From Arenicellales bacterium (GTDB lineage: Bacteria; Pseudomonadota; Gammaproteobacteria; Arenicellales; Poriferihabitantaceae), in assembly GCA_965116595.1 (NCBI GenBank), contig OZ220708.1:1078875-1142874 (forward strand): 64,000 nt of DNA. Direction: 5' to 3'. Made by a program: the position numbers and the translations under genes. The notes under the pieces were generated by a model. It was not told where the DNA came from. It made no database searches and saw only the letters and a program-made list of their open reading frames with translations. Of this stretch, positions 38,360-47,578 are shown in pieces; position 1 is the stretch's first letter; each line of letters starts with the position of its first letter.

Positions 38360-40318
38360 TCAAACCGCCGCCAGCCCTTGAAACCAAGCGCGCCGCTTGT
38401 CGTCTGTCGACAAAGGTGCATCGGGCGGCAGTGGCTCATCGTCATCGTAGGTCCTGATGAAATCGACGACCGTTGCGCGCTTGTTCCTGTTTTTGGGATC
38501 GATTCGAAGGCATCGTCCAACCCGCTGTACGGTTTCGATTGGTGCCTTTGCGGTCGCGAACAGCACGATGTTGTTTACGGACTGGATATCAATACCCTCA
38601 GAAATTCGCTTGCAGGCAATAAGACAATCTAGCTCGCCTCGGGCAAAGCGTTTAAGATTTTCCCGGTCATCATCACCGTAATATGTATGATAATCAATCC
38701 GCTCTTGCAGCAAAAGTGGTTGCAGTAGTAATCCGTAATCAGCCTGTTCGACAAACAAGATGCATCGTCGAAGGATACCAGGATTACGTGCGACATAGTC
38801 TTCAAAGAGCGGAACCTTCTCCTTGGATAGCTTCTTAATCCGAGCGAGGTCCATGTAGAGCTGCTTGCGATCAGTATCACCGTCGGATTCACGTCCGTGC
38901 TGCCGAACGAAAGCAGCTTGTACCTCGGCTCGATCATCGTCAGAGTACTGAAACTCAATGGGGTGGTAATCCAGTTCGCATAGAATGCCGCGTCGGATCG
39001 CATCATGGATTTCGAACCGGAAGATGACAGGTCCGATTTCACGCTCGATGAAATCGTTCCCTTCGTCGTCGTATTCGCGCGTTGGAGTCGCACTCAGTCC
39101 TAATCGGTAGGGGAATTGCCTAAGTTTTTCATTTAGAGATGTGACCAAGCTGCTTTCGCCGAAACCGTGTACCTCGTCGCAAATGATTAGTGTTTCCGAA
39201 ATACGTTTCGGTGATAAGCGAGGAATGATATCAGCGAGCTTGCGACGGTTCGTTAACAGGCAGGCAGGCCGCTTCGACAGCCGGAACTTGTCAGCCTCGT
39301 AATAGTTTCCGTAGGCTCGATAAACCAAGTCGACCTGATCATGCTTAACAAGTTCGCCGTACCACTGATCGAGCAGGTCAGTACCATATGCCGCGATGAT
39401 AGTCGAGCGTACGAGTGCGCGTTCTCTTAATTCGGCGTCTATTATAAGTGCCGTCCGGGTTTTCCCCGTGCCGGTTGCCATGGCGAGGACGCCGGCGCGC
39501 GCTTTCATGAACGCGGCTAAAGCGTCGTTTTGATGCCGCCACTTGCTCTGGGCCGAAAGCTTTAAGCGCTTCGGGAGGACGTAAGGGCGCACAGTCTTTT
39601 TTGCGAACTTGACGAGTCTCTTCTGAATCGCAGTAGGGAGTTCATAGCTACGCACATTTGGGTCGTGTTTGTTCCAGATCCGATCAAACGTCTTCGCTAT
39701 CGAATTTGCGTGAGCCGCATCACGGTCGTCCGTCCAACCAAGATGGATGTGCAATTTCTCGAAATTCTGGAAACCTCCGACAGTTTCGTTCGGTGAACCA
39801 TTGAAGGCGATGTAGTTGCCCTGTGAGTCTTCGAAAACGCCGATCTTTATGTGGAAGTCACCGCTAAGTTTCGCTGTGGGGATAGCGATGCGCATGTCGA
39901 GGAACCCGTCGGCGATCATCCATGCCAATACCCTGAGTGGTTCTGATTTCGCTACACCTTCCAAATCGTCGATCACGCCGTTGAGCGTGGAAAGTATCTG
40001 GGGGTCGGACTTAGCGTCCTCTCCCTGCTTCACCGCGCTCCAGTCTTCTGGGGAAAGATACGGGCTGGTAATGAGTCGCATTTTGCCGCCGTTCTCGGCG
40101 AAGGTTGCGAGGCCTTCAGCAACGTAGGTTAGCCACCCAGAGGTAAAATAGCCGACGCCCCGGTCATATCGAACTGCAGTGCTCATGGCGGGCATGTATA
40201 AATCACCGACAACATCATCTTCAGACGTGTCGAGCGACTCAGGGAGATCAAGATCACGCAGACTACCCGGCCCACAACTCTCTTCCGCTTGGTTTTCGTC
40301 GTTTTGCTCTGCCCTCAT
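38360..40318 (-). CDS. PLD-family (HKD) nuclease domain fused to an SF2 (res-subunit-like) helicase (PbeA-like position)
   Basis: 652 aa. It reads YDRGVGYFTSGWL and HIKIGVFED...AFNGSPNET (HxK...GSxN). The helicase motifs are I AMATGTGKT, II LIICDEVH and VI QRVGRCLR. Confidence 0.85.
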   Translation of the reverse strand: MRAEQNDENQAEESCGPGSLRDLDLPESLDTSEDDVVGDLYMPAMSTAVRYDRGVGYFTSGWLTYVAEGLATFAENGGKMRLITSPYLSPEDWSAVKQGEDAKSDPQILSTLNGVIDDLEGVAKSEPLRVLAWMIADGFLDMRIAIPTAKLSGDFHIKIGVFEDSQGNYIAFNGSPNETVGGFQNFEKLHIHLGWTDDRDAAHANSIAKTFDRIWNKHDPNVRSYELPTAIQKRLVKFAKKTVRPYVLPKRLKLSAQSKWRHQNDALAAFMKARAGVLAMATGTGKTRTALIIDAELRERALVRSTIIAAYGTDLLDQWYGELVKHDQVDLVYRAYGNYYEADKFRLSKRPACLLTNRRKLADIIPRLSPKRISETLIICDEVHGFGESSLVTSLNEKLRQFPYRLGLSATPTREYDDEGNDFIEREIGPVIFRFEIHDAIRRGILCELDYHPIEFQYSDDDRAEVQAAFVRQHGRESDGDTDRKQLYMDLARIKKLSKEKVPLFEDYVARNPGILRRCILFVEQADYGLLLQPLLLQERIDYHTYYGDDDRENLKRFARGELDCLIACKRISEGIDIQSVNNIVLFATAKAPIETVQRVGRCLRIDPKNRNKRATVVDFIRTYDDDEPLPPDAPLSTDDKRRAWFQGLAAV

Positions 40319-40642
40319 TTGTCATTCCGGCAACGTGAATTGGGGTAAGGTGGATACGCTCTCTACTACCTGAGGCAGGATGTCGTATTATCACATACTA
40401 ACATCAGGAGCGTACCCACCATGTCAGTGTCGCAACATCCCCCCGCTTCGCCCACTGATGTTTCGGACCTACCGCTCCGAATAGTAGAGGCGGTTGTGCG
40501 GATGCCTGCGATTCCCTTGATCAAATTGAATAAACACATAGTCTGCTTTTTTCCAAAATATCAGACACATGCCTTATACTTATTCCCAGTCCTCGCGTCC
40601 CTCCGAAGGGAGGAACGTCTACACGCCCTGAACGCTATATTG

Positions 40643-40855
40643 CTACTTTGAATTTTTGGCACCGCTCAGATCAAATTTAGTATCCGAGGTGACGACTGGC
40701 CGTGCAGGAAAGCAGACATACTCTCGCCCGGATTCATCCTGCATTGCCCGGATGTTCCGGAAGATTGCCGCTAAGTCATAGCCGAAACGGGTTGCTTGCG
40801 CGTCGTGCACGGCCCTCACCTCAGAGATGACCGGGTCAGTCTGTTGATTCAGCAT
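40643..40855 (-). CDS. small hypothetical protein
   Basis: 70 aa: MLNQQTDPVISEVRAVHDAQATRFGYDLAAIFRNIRAMQDESGREYV. It resembles a widespread small-protein family that I cannot name. Confidence 0.45.
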   Translation of the reverse strand: MLNQQTDPVISEVRAVHDAQATRFGYDLAAIFRNIRAMQDESGREYVCFPARPVVTSDTKFDLSGAKNSK

Positions 40856-41176
40856 GGTTCACTTCCATCAGTTCGTTTGGTGTGCAGATGACTGGTGCTC
40901 ATAGCCTGCTTGTCGTGTCGATGCTTTCAATCCACGGCCTACCCAAGTTGCGACTTTGCATCCCCAAACCTGGAATCCCTTGAATTTCTTGGAAGTTCGA
41001 TTTCCTACACTCATTTTTCCCAACTACAGTTCATCAAATTTGTTTAAGGGCCGATTAACTGTCAGCCGATTGCGAAACATCGTTTCGGGTTGCGTGTCAT
41101 CCTGGGTAAGCAGTAATAGCACTCCGTGTAACAAAGTAATCGACACTGACGTAAAGGGGAAAACCCCACAACCGGC

Positions 41177-42442
41177 TCAGTCTCTACTTTCCCCGGCCGC
41201 GAGAAAATCGCTGTAAGCCTGGTCCCAATCGATGAACGGAAACGCTTCTTTGATCGCGTCGATAAATTCCTTACAGTTCAGCGTCTCGAAAGTCACGTCC
41301 TTGTAGTTCACATCGAGCTGCATCTTCTGAAGGAGATTCCGGGCTTTTGGAAAAATCCGTTCCAGTTCTCTGTTGAGCCAGACCCTTGCCTCCTTCTCCC
41401 CGATTACCAGAAACTGGCCACGCATCGCTTCAGGCGGATCATTGCTCACTTTCGGCACGTAATAATCAACGATTTGCTTCCGCGACTCGACGAGTTTTTC
41501 TTGCAATTCATTTTCCACAGTTTCCTGGTGGGTCTTCAAGTCCTTCCGAAACTGGTCAAGCCTTTCCTCAAGATCCGCCTTTGCAATCTTCAGCACAACG
41601 CGCCCATGGACCTTGCCGAGCGAGGGCGTGAAATTCCTCCGTATCTCATTCAGACTAATTTCAAGTTTTTTGGACGACAATCTGCCATCCTTTTCAATCA
41701 GATCGAATGTTGTCTTTAGCCGACCCTCAAGGTCCTCTGAACCACCTAATCTCTGGATGCTCGGCGGAATGGCAAGGCGGTGACGCTGAATGGCTGCACC
41801 ACTCAGCTTGATTTCGACATATTGCATGTACGCACTGTAAACACGGACTTGCCGGGCAACATCGAAATTTACAGGCGGTGCTTCCTCCAGACTTTTCTGG
41901 ACATTTTCGAAGTCTGTGTCCTCAACCTTTTCAGATGGCATTTCCACGGCCTGTTCGTGTATCCGTTCACGCTCCTCATCTGTCTTAGCCATCGCAACGG
42001 CAATGACCTTTGCACTTGGGGATAGTCGGGCAAGAGCTTCCTTTACCTGCTCTTCGGATAATCTCATCGCATTTTTTGCCGTGTCGGGTTTCTTATCCGC
42101 CTCGAGATACAAGGCATTGGGGGTGAAGATGTACCCGGTATCGTCGATGACCATCAGTCCTGTACGTAGACCCGATATTGTGCGAATCTTAATCCCGGCA
42201 TCCCGCAAAACCTTCACAGCATCGAGGGTCCCGAATCCCATCCGCATTACACGCTCATCGAAGTCGAGACAAACGGTGATCATATCAGGGCCGATTTTTC
42301 GGGCGCGAGCAGCGAGTGCCTCGGCTGGCTCTTCCTGTATTCCGGGTGCTGCATAACAGACGTTTTGCACAGCCCGCGTGATTTTACGCGCCAGTTGACT
42401 CGAATCGAGTGACAGAAACAGATTTTCAGGCATATCAGTCAA
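41177..42442 (-). CDS. hypothetical protein (421 aa)
   Basis: It is a long clean ORF. The N-terminal ~130 aa have a PLD-like beta-alpha pattern (ITVCLDFDERV...VLRDAGIKIRTISGLRTGLMVIDDTGYIFTPNA) but no HxK motif. The middle is coiled-coil rich. No confident family call is possible. Confidence 0.65.
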   Translation of the reverse strand: MTDMPENLFLSLDSSQLARKITRAVQNVCYAAPGIQEEPAEALAARARKIGPDMITVCLDFDERVMRMGFGTLDAVKVLRDAGIKIRTISGLRTGLMVIDDTGYIFTPNALYLEADKKPDTAKNAMRLSEEQVKEALARLSPSAKVIAVAMAKTDEERERIHEQAVEMPSEKVEDTDFENVQKSLEEAPPVNFDVARQVRVYSAYMQYVEIKLSGAAIQRHRLAIPPSIQRLGGSEDLEGRLKTTFDLIEKDGRLSSKKLEISLNEIRRNFTPSLGKVHGRVVLKIAKADLEERLDQFRKDLKTHQETVENELQEKLVESRKQIVDYYVPKVSNDPPEAMRGQFLVIGEKEARVWLNRELERIFPKARNLLQKMQLDVNYKDVTFETLNCKEFIDAIKEAFPFIDWDQAYSDFLAAGESRD

Positions 42443-42883
42443 GTTTTCTCTGCCAATATTCCTATCACAACTGCATCACACTATTTTTGGAGCAATCATT
42501 TTCGCGGAATGAATTTTACGTTGTGCCGGACGAAGTATCCCTTGTGAAGAAGATACTCCTCTACAATCTGCTCCAATATGTCCTCTTTCGTCGCCATTAT
42601 TTCTGGTACTCAATAGTCAATTTCAATTTCAGCCACAACTGCATTAATAAGACTGCGTATTCGAGAACGAAGTCTATCGGACCGCGCATAATAAGGCCAA
42701 TGATCGTCGTAATCTCGGTTCGAATTAGCCGTGACCGTGACCGCATCGTGACCAAATCCTATCTGGAGCGTGGATTTTGTTCAGGACCGTCTGTTCCGGG
42801 GTTTCTTCCAGTCCGCACCACAGGGTGAATTGAAAAGAGGAAGTGTATCCCAGGGTAACAATCTAGCGTCAAATGTACATCAT

Positions 42884-43684
42884 TCACTCAAGCCAGCCGG
42901 ACACCTTTAATTTCGCCTCGACAATATTCTTGTATAAATCCATACTGGCTACCTTTCCGCATTGTTTTGGCAGATCTATCACGATCTTCTTGAACCCTCG
43001 AACCATCTCGATCAGTTCATATTTCTCGTCAGTGCTTAGGCCCAATTCCTTGTACTTGGCTCGCGTGTCCAGATCGTCGCAGAACTCTTCGAAGATGGCT
43101 GATCGGGCCTGATCTGCGGTCATTACACCCTTGAAGTTTGGTGGAAGGGGAATATCTTTTGCATTCTCCAAGTCAGACCACATCTTGGAGATCAGTCTCT
43201 TCACCTCGTGGGTCTCCGTTTCCTTTCCGCGTTCCCGGATCCTCGCGGCAATGACATCCTTGAGTTCCTGCTGGGTGTCCAGCAACTTGCGCAAATTCCA
43301 CCTGATTTGTTTGAACTGTCGTATGTCGAAGGGAATTTGACCGACAAGATCCTCTCGACACATCCAGATCACCGGCTTTTTGTAGTATGCGTATCCCGCC
43401 TCGAATATCACGCTTCCCCTCAGACCGGTTTTGCGATCGTGGGTCAAATCGACGACCATCATGTCGGACTTGTCGATTTCAGCCAAAATAGTTTCGTCTA
43501 TCTTGTCTACTGCTGGATCGTGATCGACTCGGTAGGGCTTCAGGCCGTGGTGCTCCAAGGCCGGCTTGATCACGATGTCAAAGAGTTGATTCATCTCGTT
43601 TGTAGAATCTTCGTCGGACCCGAACCACATGGCCGCGAAGCATTGGGGTCTATCGTCACGTTCGATGTTATCGCTGTCATTCAT
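42884..43684 (-). CDS. nucleoside 2-deoxyribosyltransferase-like / TIR-like Rossmann domain protein
   Basis: The start is set to MNDSDNIE (ATG 43684, an ATGA overlap with the upstream ORF). The segment CFAAMWFG...IVIKPALEHHGLKPYRVDH...ILAEIDKSDMMVVDLT...SVIFEAGYAYYKKPVIWM follows the CF(V/A)xMPFG...DLT...NV.YE.G pattern of that fold. The C-terminal ~110 aa are unknown. Confidence 0.6.
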   Translation of the reverse strand: MNDSDNIERDDRPQCFAAMWFGSDEDSTNEMNQLFDIVIKPALEHHGLKPYRVDHDPAVDKIDETILAEIDKSDMMVVDLTHDRKTGLRGSVIFEAGYAYYKKPVIWMCREDLVGQIPFDIRQFKQIRWNLRKLLDTQQELKDVIAARIRERGKETETHEVKRLISKMWSDLENAKDIPLPPNFKGVMTADQARSAIFEEFCDDLDTRAKYKELGLSTDEKYELIEMVRGFKKIVIDLPKQCGKVASMDLYKNIVEAKLKVSGWLE

Positions 43685-44028
43685 CTTGTAGTGGGCAGAA
43701 TCCCTGTTTTTCCATACTGGTTGTACCTGTTTGATTGTGGCCCAGGCTGATTGTACCTGCAAATGACCATAACCCGGTATTCGGGCATCCTGACCAGTCC
43801 GAAAATATCCGGTTTCCTGTAAGCCCGCTCATGGGCTTTTCCCGCCCGGCCCCTTGCCACGGCATGGTTGAAATCCGGTTCCGATAGCGATTCGCGGCCT
43901 ACAATCCAGAGCTTGGCGCGGGGAATGCTATCACCGGATCCGGTAGGCCGGCGCCGATCGTGCGAGCTGAAGAACATTTGCGATAGTGTTTTGCACCGCC
44001 GACACAAACCCGGGACAGAGCGGTTCAA
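43681..44028 (-). CDS. doubtful basic ORF linking the two flanking genes
   Basis: 115 codons from a TTG. The TTG overlaps the upstream TGA (TTGA), and its own TGA overlaps the downstream ATG (ATGA). The composition is Arg/Cys rich with no motif, so this could instead be an untranslated spacer. Confidence 0.25.
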   Translation of the reverse strand: MNRSVPGLCRRCKTLSQMFFSSHDRRRPTGSGDSIPRAKLWIVGRESLSEPDFNHAVARGRAGKAHERAYRKPDIFGLVRMPEYRVMVICRYNQPGPQSNRYNQYGKTGILPTTR

Positions 44029-45050
44029 GACCGCCTCAGGTACCCCCGGGCAAGGAGCCGCATGAAAGAATCTCGACCGCAGAACACGAAGGGTACGTGA
44101 TAATTTTTCGAAAGTTTGCCCATCTGCTCTTTGAGGTCTTCTGAGGCTTCCGCGTCGGTAACCAACAGCACCACGGCAATCACCTGGTTCGCCTCGTTTC
44201 GCGAGCGGAACGCGGTCTCAAGTTGCTCGGCGACATCCCCGCCAACCTCGCCGCCATAGTCCTTGACCTGCACCGGGATTATCCAATCGCGATTCTCTTC
44301 GAACGGATTCGGTATCACGATCTCGATATCCGCACCGCGCTCGTCCCGCCCACCGGTATGGTGTACGGATACCGGGAACAGGGGCTCAAGCGCCGACTGC
44401 AGAACGCGCTCCCACTCTTCGCTCCGCACCGTACTTGGCAGATTCGCGCCGATCCGCTCCGCCATCAGGTTCAGAGGCTCCGTGATCAACTCCGAGACCA
44501 CACTTTCGGCCTGTTCGGCCGGTTCGACTCCTTGAGAGAAATCTCCCGGTTGCCGTTGAGCTTTAAGGATGGTGTTCAAGCATTTCCGATGCGGCGTGAT
44601 GTTCCACATTCGCGACTGACAGCGAAAACTCCGGCGAAGAGCTGCGTGAACTAACTCATGGGTGTTGGCTACGCCCCCCTTCGGCCCCACGACCTGCACC
44701 GGACGAATGTGACCAAAGTCATCGTGATTCCGGTCAATCCTGAAATCGTACTCGCCCGTAATCCTGCAAATCGTGAACAGCCCATCCACCGGCATGTTGG
44801 GAACCACGACTAGGTCGTTGACCTGCATGTAATCTTCTCCTGCACCGTTTCCCATCCGCCAGTGCCTACCCGCTTCCCGCTGTTCGGGCGTCAATTCAAC
44901 GCTGTTCGCCCAACTGGTTTCGATAACCCGAAGATCCTGACTCTCGTCCGACCCCCATCCCTGGCGCAGTCGTCCTGCGCTCAGCTCATCCTGTATAAAC
45001 CGCCTCGACTTCTCATCATCGCGGCACGTGCGCATTGCCCAATAGTTCAT
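44025..45050 (-). CDS. PUA/EVE-like N-terminal domain fused to an Mrr-cat restriction endonuclease domain (candidate type IV enzyme)
   Basis: 341 aa. The N-terminus MNYWAMRTC...GRLRQGWG...VNDLVVVPNMPVDGLFTICRITGEYDF...FGHIRPVQVV has a PUA-like reader pattern. The C-terminus GGRDERGADIEIVIP...WIIPVQVKDYGG is a D...(Q)xK nuclease core. Confidence 0.7.
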   Translation of the reverse strand: MNYWAMRTCRDDEKSRRFIQDELSAGRLRQGWGSDESQDLRVIETSWANSVELTPEQREAGRHWRMGNGAGEDYMQVNDLVVVPNMPVDGLFTICRITGEYDFRIDRNHDDFGHIRPVQVVGPKGGVANTHELVHAALRRSFRCQSRMWNITPHRKCLNTILKAQRQPGDFSQGVEPAEQAESVVSELITEPLNLMAERIGANLPSTVRSEEWERVLQSALEPLFPVSVHHTGGRDERGADIEIVIPNPFEENRDWIIPVQVKDYGGEVGGDVAEQLETAFRSRNEANQVIAVVLLVTDAEASEDLKEQMGKLSKNYHVPFVFCGRDSFMRLLARGYLRRS

Positions 45051-45058
45051 GCCACCTC

Positions 45059-45150
45059 CTAAAATTGTAATTGTTCATAACCAACCTGAACCGTGATTCT
45101 CCAAACGAATGAAGCCTTCCAGTCCCGGATCGGCATTGTCCATTCTTCGA
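45059..45150 (-). mobile_element. 3'-terminal remnant of a second IS256-family element
   Basis: It encodes ...EEWTMPIRDWKA. The stretch 45113-45143 is the reverse complement of 47236-47266 in the intact IS transposase gene, with 30 of 31 nt identical. Confidence 0.5.
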
Positions 45151-45485
45151 TGCGTTTGTCAACGTGATTATCAGAGCCTTGACATCCTCCCCGACCTGAA
45201 GGCCGGAGATTCCTACGGCGCTCCAAGCGCGGGGCATTGAGCGATGGCGCGGGAAATGCCATCGCCGGAGGCGGGCCAATGATCGTTCATATTGTCTGGT
45301 GCATCCAGATGGCCACCGTGACCGGCTCGGCCATCGTCCTACTGATCGCCGGGTTGCTGGTCGCCCTGGTGGGATGGGTCCACGGGATTTGTGTCATGCT
45401 GGGCTTCGGGGGGTGGTTGTGAGCCAGCGATCAGAGGGTGGCCGAATGTAACAGCTTAACAACATAACAACTAGCTGTTAAGGTG

Positions 45486-45734
45486 TTACTTAATCGACGG
45501 GTACCCATACTTCCTGAACAGGTCGTTTATAGCCTCCCGAAACAGCTCTGCCTGTGTTGTATCTTCCCCATGAGCGATCAGTTTCAACTGCTTTTTAACG
45601 GCCGGGTCGATATAGGTTACCAGGGTAACCGGCCCTTTCCTGGTGGTCTGGCCGGTCACTTTATTTTCGTAGAAACTATTAGGAAGTTTACCCTCACTCG
45701 TACTAGTCATAATCTCGAACAACTCTCGATCCAT
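45486..45734 (-). CDS. ribbon-helix-helix (ParG/Arc-like) protein, antitoxin-like
   Basis: 82 aa. The C-terminal half PVTLVTYIDPAVKKQLKLIAHGEDTTQAELFREAINDLFRKYG fits an RHH strand-helix-helix pattern. No cognate toxin is evident. Confidence 0.55.
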   Translation of the reverse strand: MDRELFEIMTSTSEGKLPNSFYENKVTGQTTRKGPVTLVTYIDPAVKKQLKLIAHGEDTTQAELFREAINDLFRKYGYPSIK

Positions 45735-46019
45735 AGGTACTACTCTTTATCAGATGGAACTAATTGTTAAAAACATGGAAGGCAAGAGACTCAAATTACA
45801 GGGAATTGGTGTCATAATGAAATCATGGAAAAACTTGCTCAATGGATCACGCAAGAAGCTATTAACTTCGGTGCACGTTCTTTTAAGGAATAGAGAATGA
45901 AGACTATTAAATTACCTAAGGGTTATAAGCTCGGTAAGGTCATAGAGCCTCTTCCTGAGTGGAACCCAGAATTGATCCAAGAAAATGGATTAAATGGGAT
46001 AAGGACTGTGAGAGTTGGT

Positions 46020-47354
46020 GAGGGTGTAAACAAAACTGTGTAAATGGTCATCCATTATAATTTCTCTTTTAGGAGGAGACGATGACCAAGCCCAAGCGAA
46101 CTGAAAAACAAGCATCCCTGCTCGACGAGCTAGTGGAAGATTTCAAAGGAGACCCGGAAGCGATTATGGGTCAACATGGTCTGATGAACGAATTGCGGAA
46201 GCGCGTAGTGGAGGCCATGCTGGATGGAGAGATGACCAGTCACTTGGGTTATCGTCGCCACGACCGGTCGGGTCATGGTGGCGGGAATTCTCGCAATGGT
46301 CATTCTACGAAGAAGGTTCAAAGCAAAGACGGTGAATTGGAGTTGGAGGTTCCGCGGGATCGGAACAGCCGCTTCGAGCCACAGGTTGTGCGCAAAGGAC
46401 AGCGCTGTATGCAGGGTATAGACGAGGTCATCATTGCCTTGTACGCCAGGGGGTTGAGTACCCGGAGTATTCAGGAGGAGTTGAAGGAGATGTACGGGGC
46501 GGAGGTATCTGCGACCCTGATCTCGAATGTGACCCACAGCGTGCTGGAAGAGGTACAGGCCTGGCAGACGCGGGCTCTGGACCCGGTCTACCCGATTCTT
46601 TACTTTGACTGCCTGTTTGTAAAATCACGTCAGGACGGCAGTATCCGTAACCAGGCGGTGTATCTGGCTCTTGGCATCAACCTGGAAGGCGAGAAGGAAC
46701 TGCTGGGGATGTGGCTGGGTGAGACCGAGGGCGCCAAGTTCTGGCTTAACGTGTTCAACGAGCTGAAGACCCGCGGGGTACAGGACTGCTTCATCGCCTG
46801 TGTGGATGGACTCAAGGGACTGCCGGAAGCCATTGAGACCGTGTATCCGCATACCCAGGTTCAGTTGTGTATCGTGCATCAGGTTCGCAACAGCTTGAGG
46901 TATGTCACCTGGAAAGATCGCAAGCGGGTAGCCGCTGACCTGCGGGCGATCTACACAGCGCCTACGGTGGAGGCCGCCAGAGTGGCCCTGGGTGCGTTTG
47001 CCGAACACTGGGATAGACAGTATCCGGCAATCGCGCCGGGCTGGGAGCGGAACTGGGAGCGCCTGACGCCGTTTTTTGGCTATCCGCCGGAGATCCGCAA
47101 GGGGGTCTACACCACCCATGCCATTGAGTCGCTGAATTACAGTCTGCGCAAAATCATCCAGGGGCGAGGGGCCTTTCCCCACGATGACGCGATCCGGAAA
47201 TTATTGTACCTCGGGTTGAAAAACGCATCAAAAAAATGGACCATGCCGATCCGGGACTGGAAGGCTGCACTGAATCAGTTTATTATTCTATTCGGTGACA
47301 GAGTGCCTCTCTGACATGATCCACGACCATTTACACAGAAATCTTTATACCCTC
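46020..47354 (+). mobile_element. IS256-family insertion sequence (about 1.34 kb)
   Basis: The imperfect 30-bp terminal inverted repeats are gagggtgtaaacaaaactgtgtaaatggtc (46020-46049) and the reverse complement of 47325-47354, gagggtataaagatttctgtgtaaatggtc. It has a single transposase ORF. I found no matching flanking direct repeats. Confidence 0.8.
46082..47314 (+). CDS. IS256-family (Mutator-type) transposase
   Basis: 410 aa. It reads GDPEAIMGQHGLMNELRKRVVEAMLDGEMTSHLGY...RNGHSTKKV...ELEVPRDRNSRFEPQVV...DGLKGLPEAIETVYPHTQVQLCIVHQVRNSL. Confidence 0.95.
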   Translation: MTKPKRTEKQASLLDELVEDFKGDPEAIMGQHGLMNELRKRVVEAMLDGEMTSHLGYRRHDRSGHGGGNSRNGHSTKKVQSKDGELELEVPRDRNSRFEPQVVRKGQRCMQGIDEVIIALYARGLSTRSIQEELKEMYGAEVSATLISNVTHSVLEEVQAWQTRALDPVYPILYFDCLFVKSRQDGSIRNQAVYLALGINLEGEKELLGMWLGETEGAKFWLNVFNELKTRGVQDCFIACVDGLKGLPEAIETVYPHTQVQLCIVHQVRNSLRYVTWKDRKRVAADLRAIYTAPTVEAARVALGAFAEHWDRQYPAIAPGWERNWERLTPFFGYPPEIRKGVYTTHAIESLNYSLRKIIQGRGAFPHDDAIRKLLYLGLKNASKKWTMPIRDWKAALNQFIILFGDRVPL

Positions 47355-47578
47355 GTCCGATAAGGCCCCTGTCTATGGTAAGCAGCCTGAGGCTCTCCTC
47401 CTGGGTCTGGACAAGCAGCAACTAATCAAATGGATCCTTGTGGCCGAGTGGCGTCTTTAGTGCACGCGCGGCATGGTACATGGTCATTGGCAGAAGCGTT
47501 ATGTTCTGATCTTCCAGTGCTTCGAGCACGTCCTCTGGGAGAAACGGCTCTTTTGTGCCCCCGACGGGTGGCGGGCAT
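47355..47578 (-). pseudogene. decayed PIN-domain (VapC-like) toxin gene abutting the IS256 end
   Basis: My minus-strand translation is ...PFLPEDVLEALEDQNITLLPMTMYHAARALKTPLGHKDPFD*LLLVQTQEESLRLLTIDRGLIG. The HKDPFDRLLIAQA-type motif is interrupted by an in-frame TAG (47422-47424), and a further stop lies upstream. The reading frame runs into the IS inverted repeat at 47354. Confidence 0.45.

Noticed and set aside
42443-42883. The spacer between the 421-aa gene and the NDT-like gene contains short minus-strand ORFs. One is a 33-codon ORF, MATKEDILEQIVEEYLLHKGYFVRHNVKFIPRK. The other is a start-less frame ending ...DYDDHWPYYARSDRLRSRIRSLINAVVAEIEIDY.
   Set aside because: They look like remnants of longer genes but are too short to assign. 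They are not reported as features.
45237-45422. A 61-aa hydrophobic plus-strand ORF (…MIVHIVWCIQMATVTGSAIVLLIAGLLVALVGW…) could be a small membrane toxin partnered with the nearby RHH gene.
   Set aside because: It is convergent with the RHH gene rather than in an operon with it, it has no SD sequence, and it overlaps IS-remnant flanking sequence. The evidence is insufficient.
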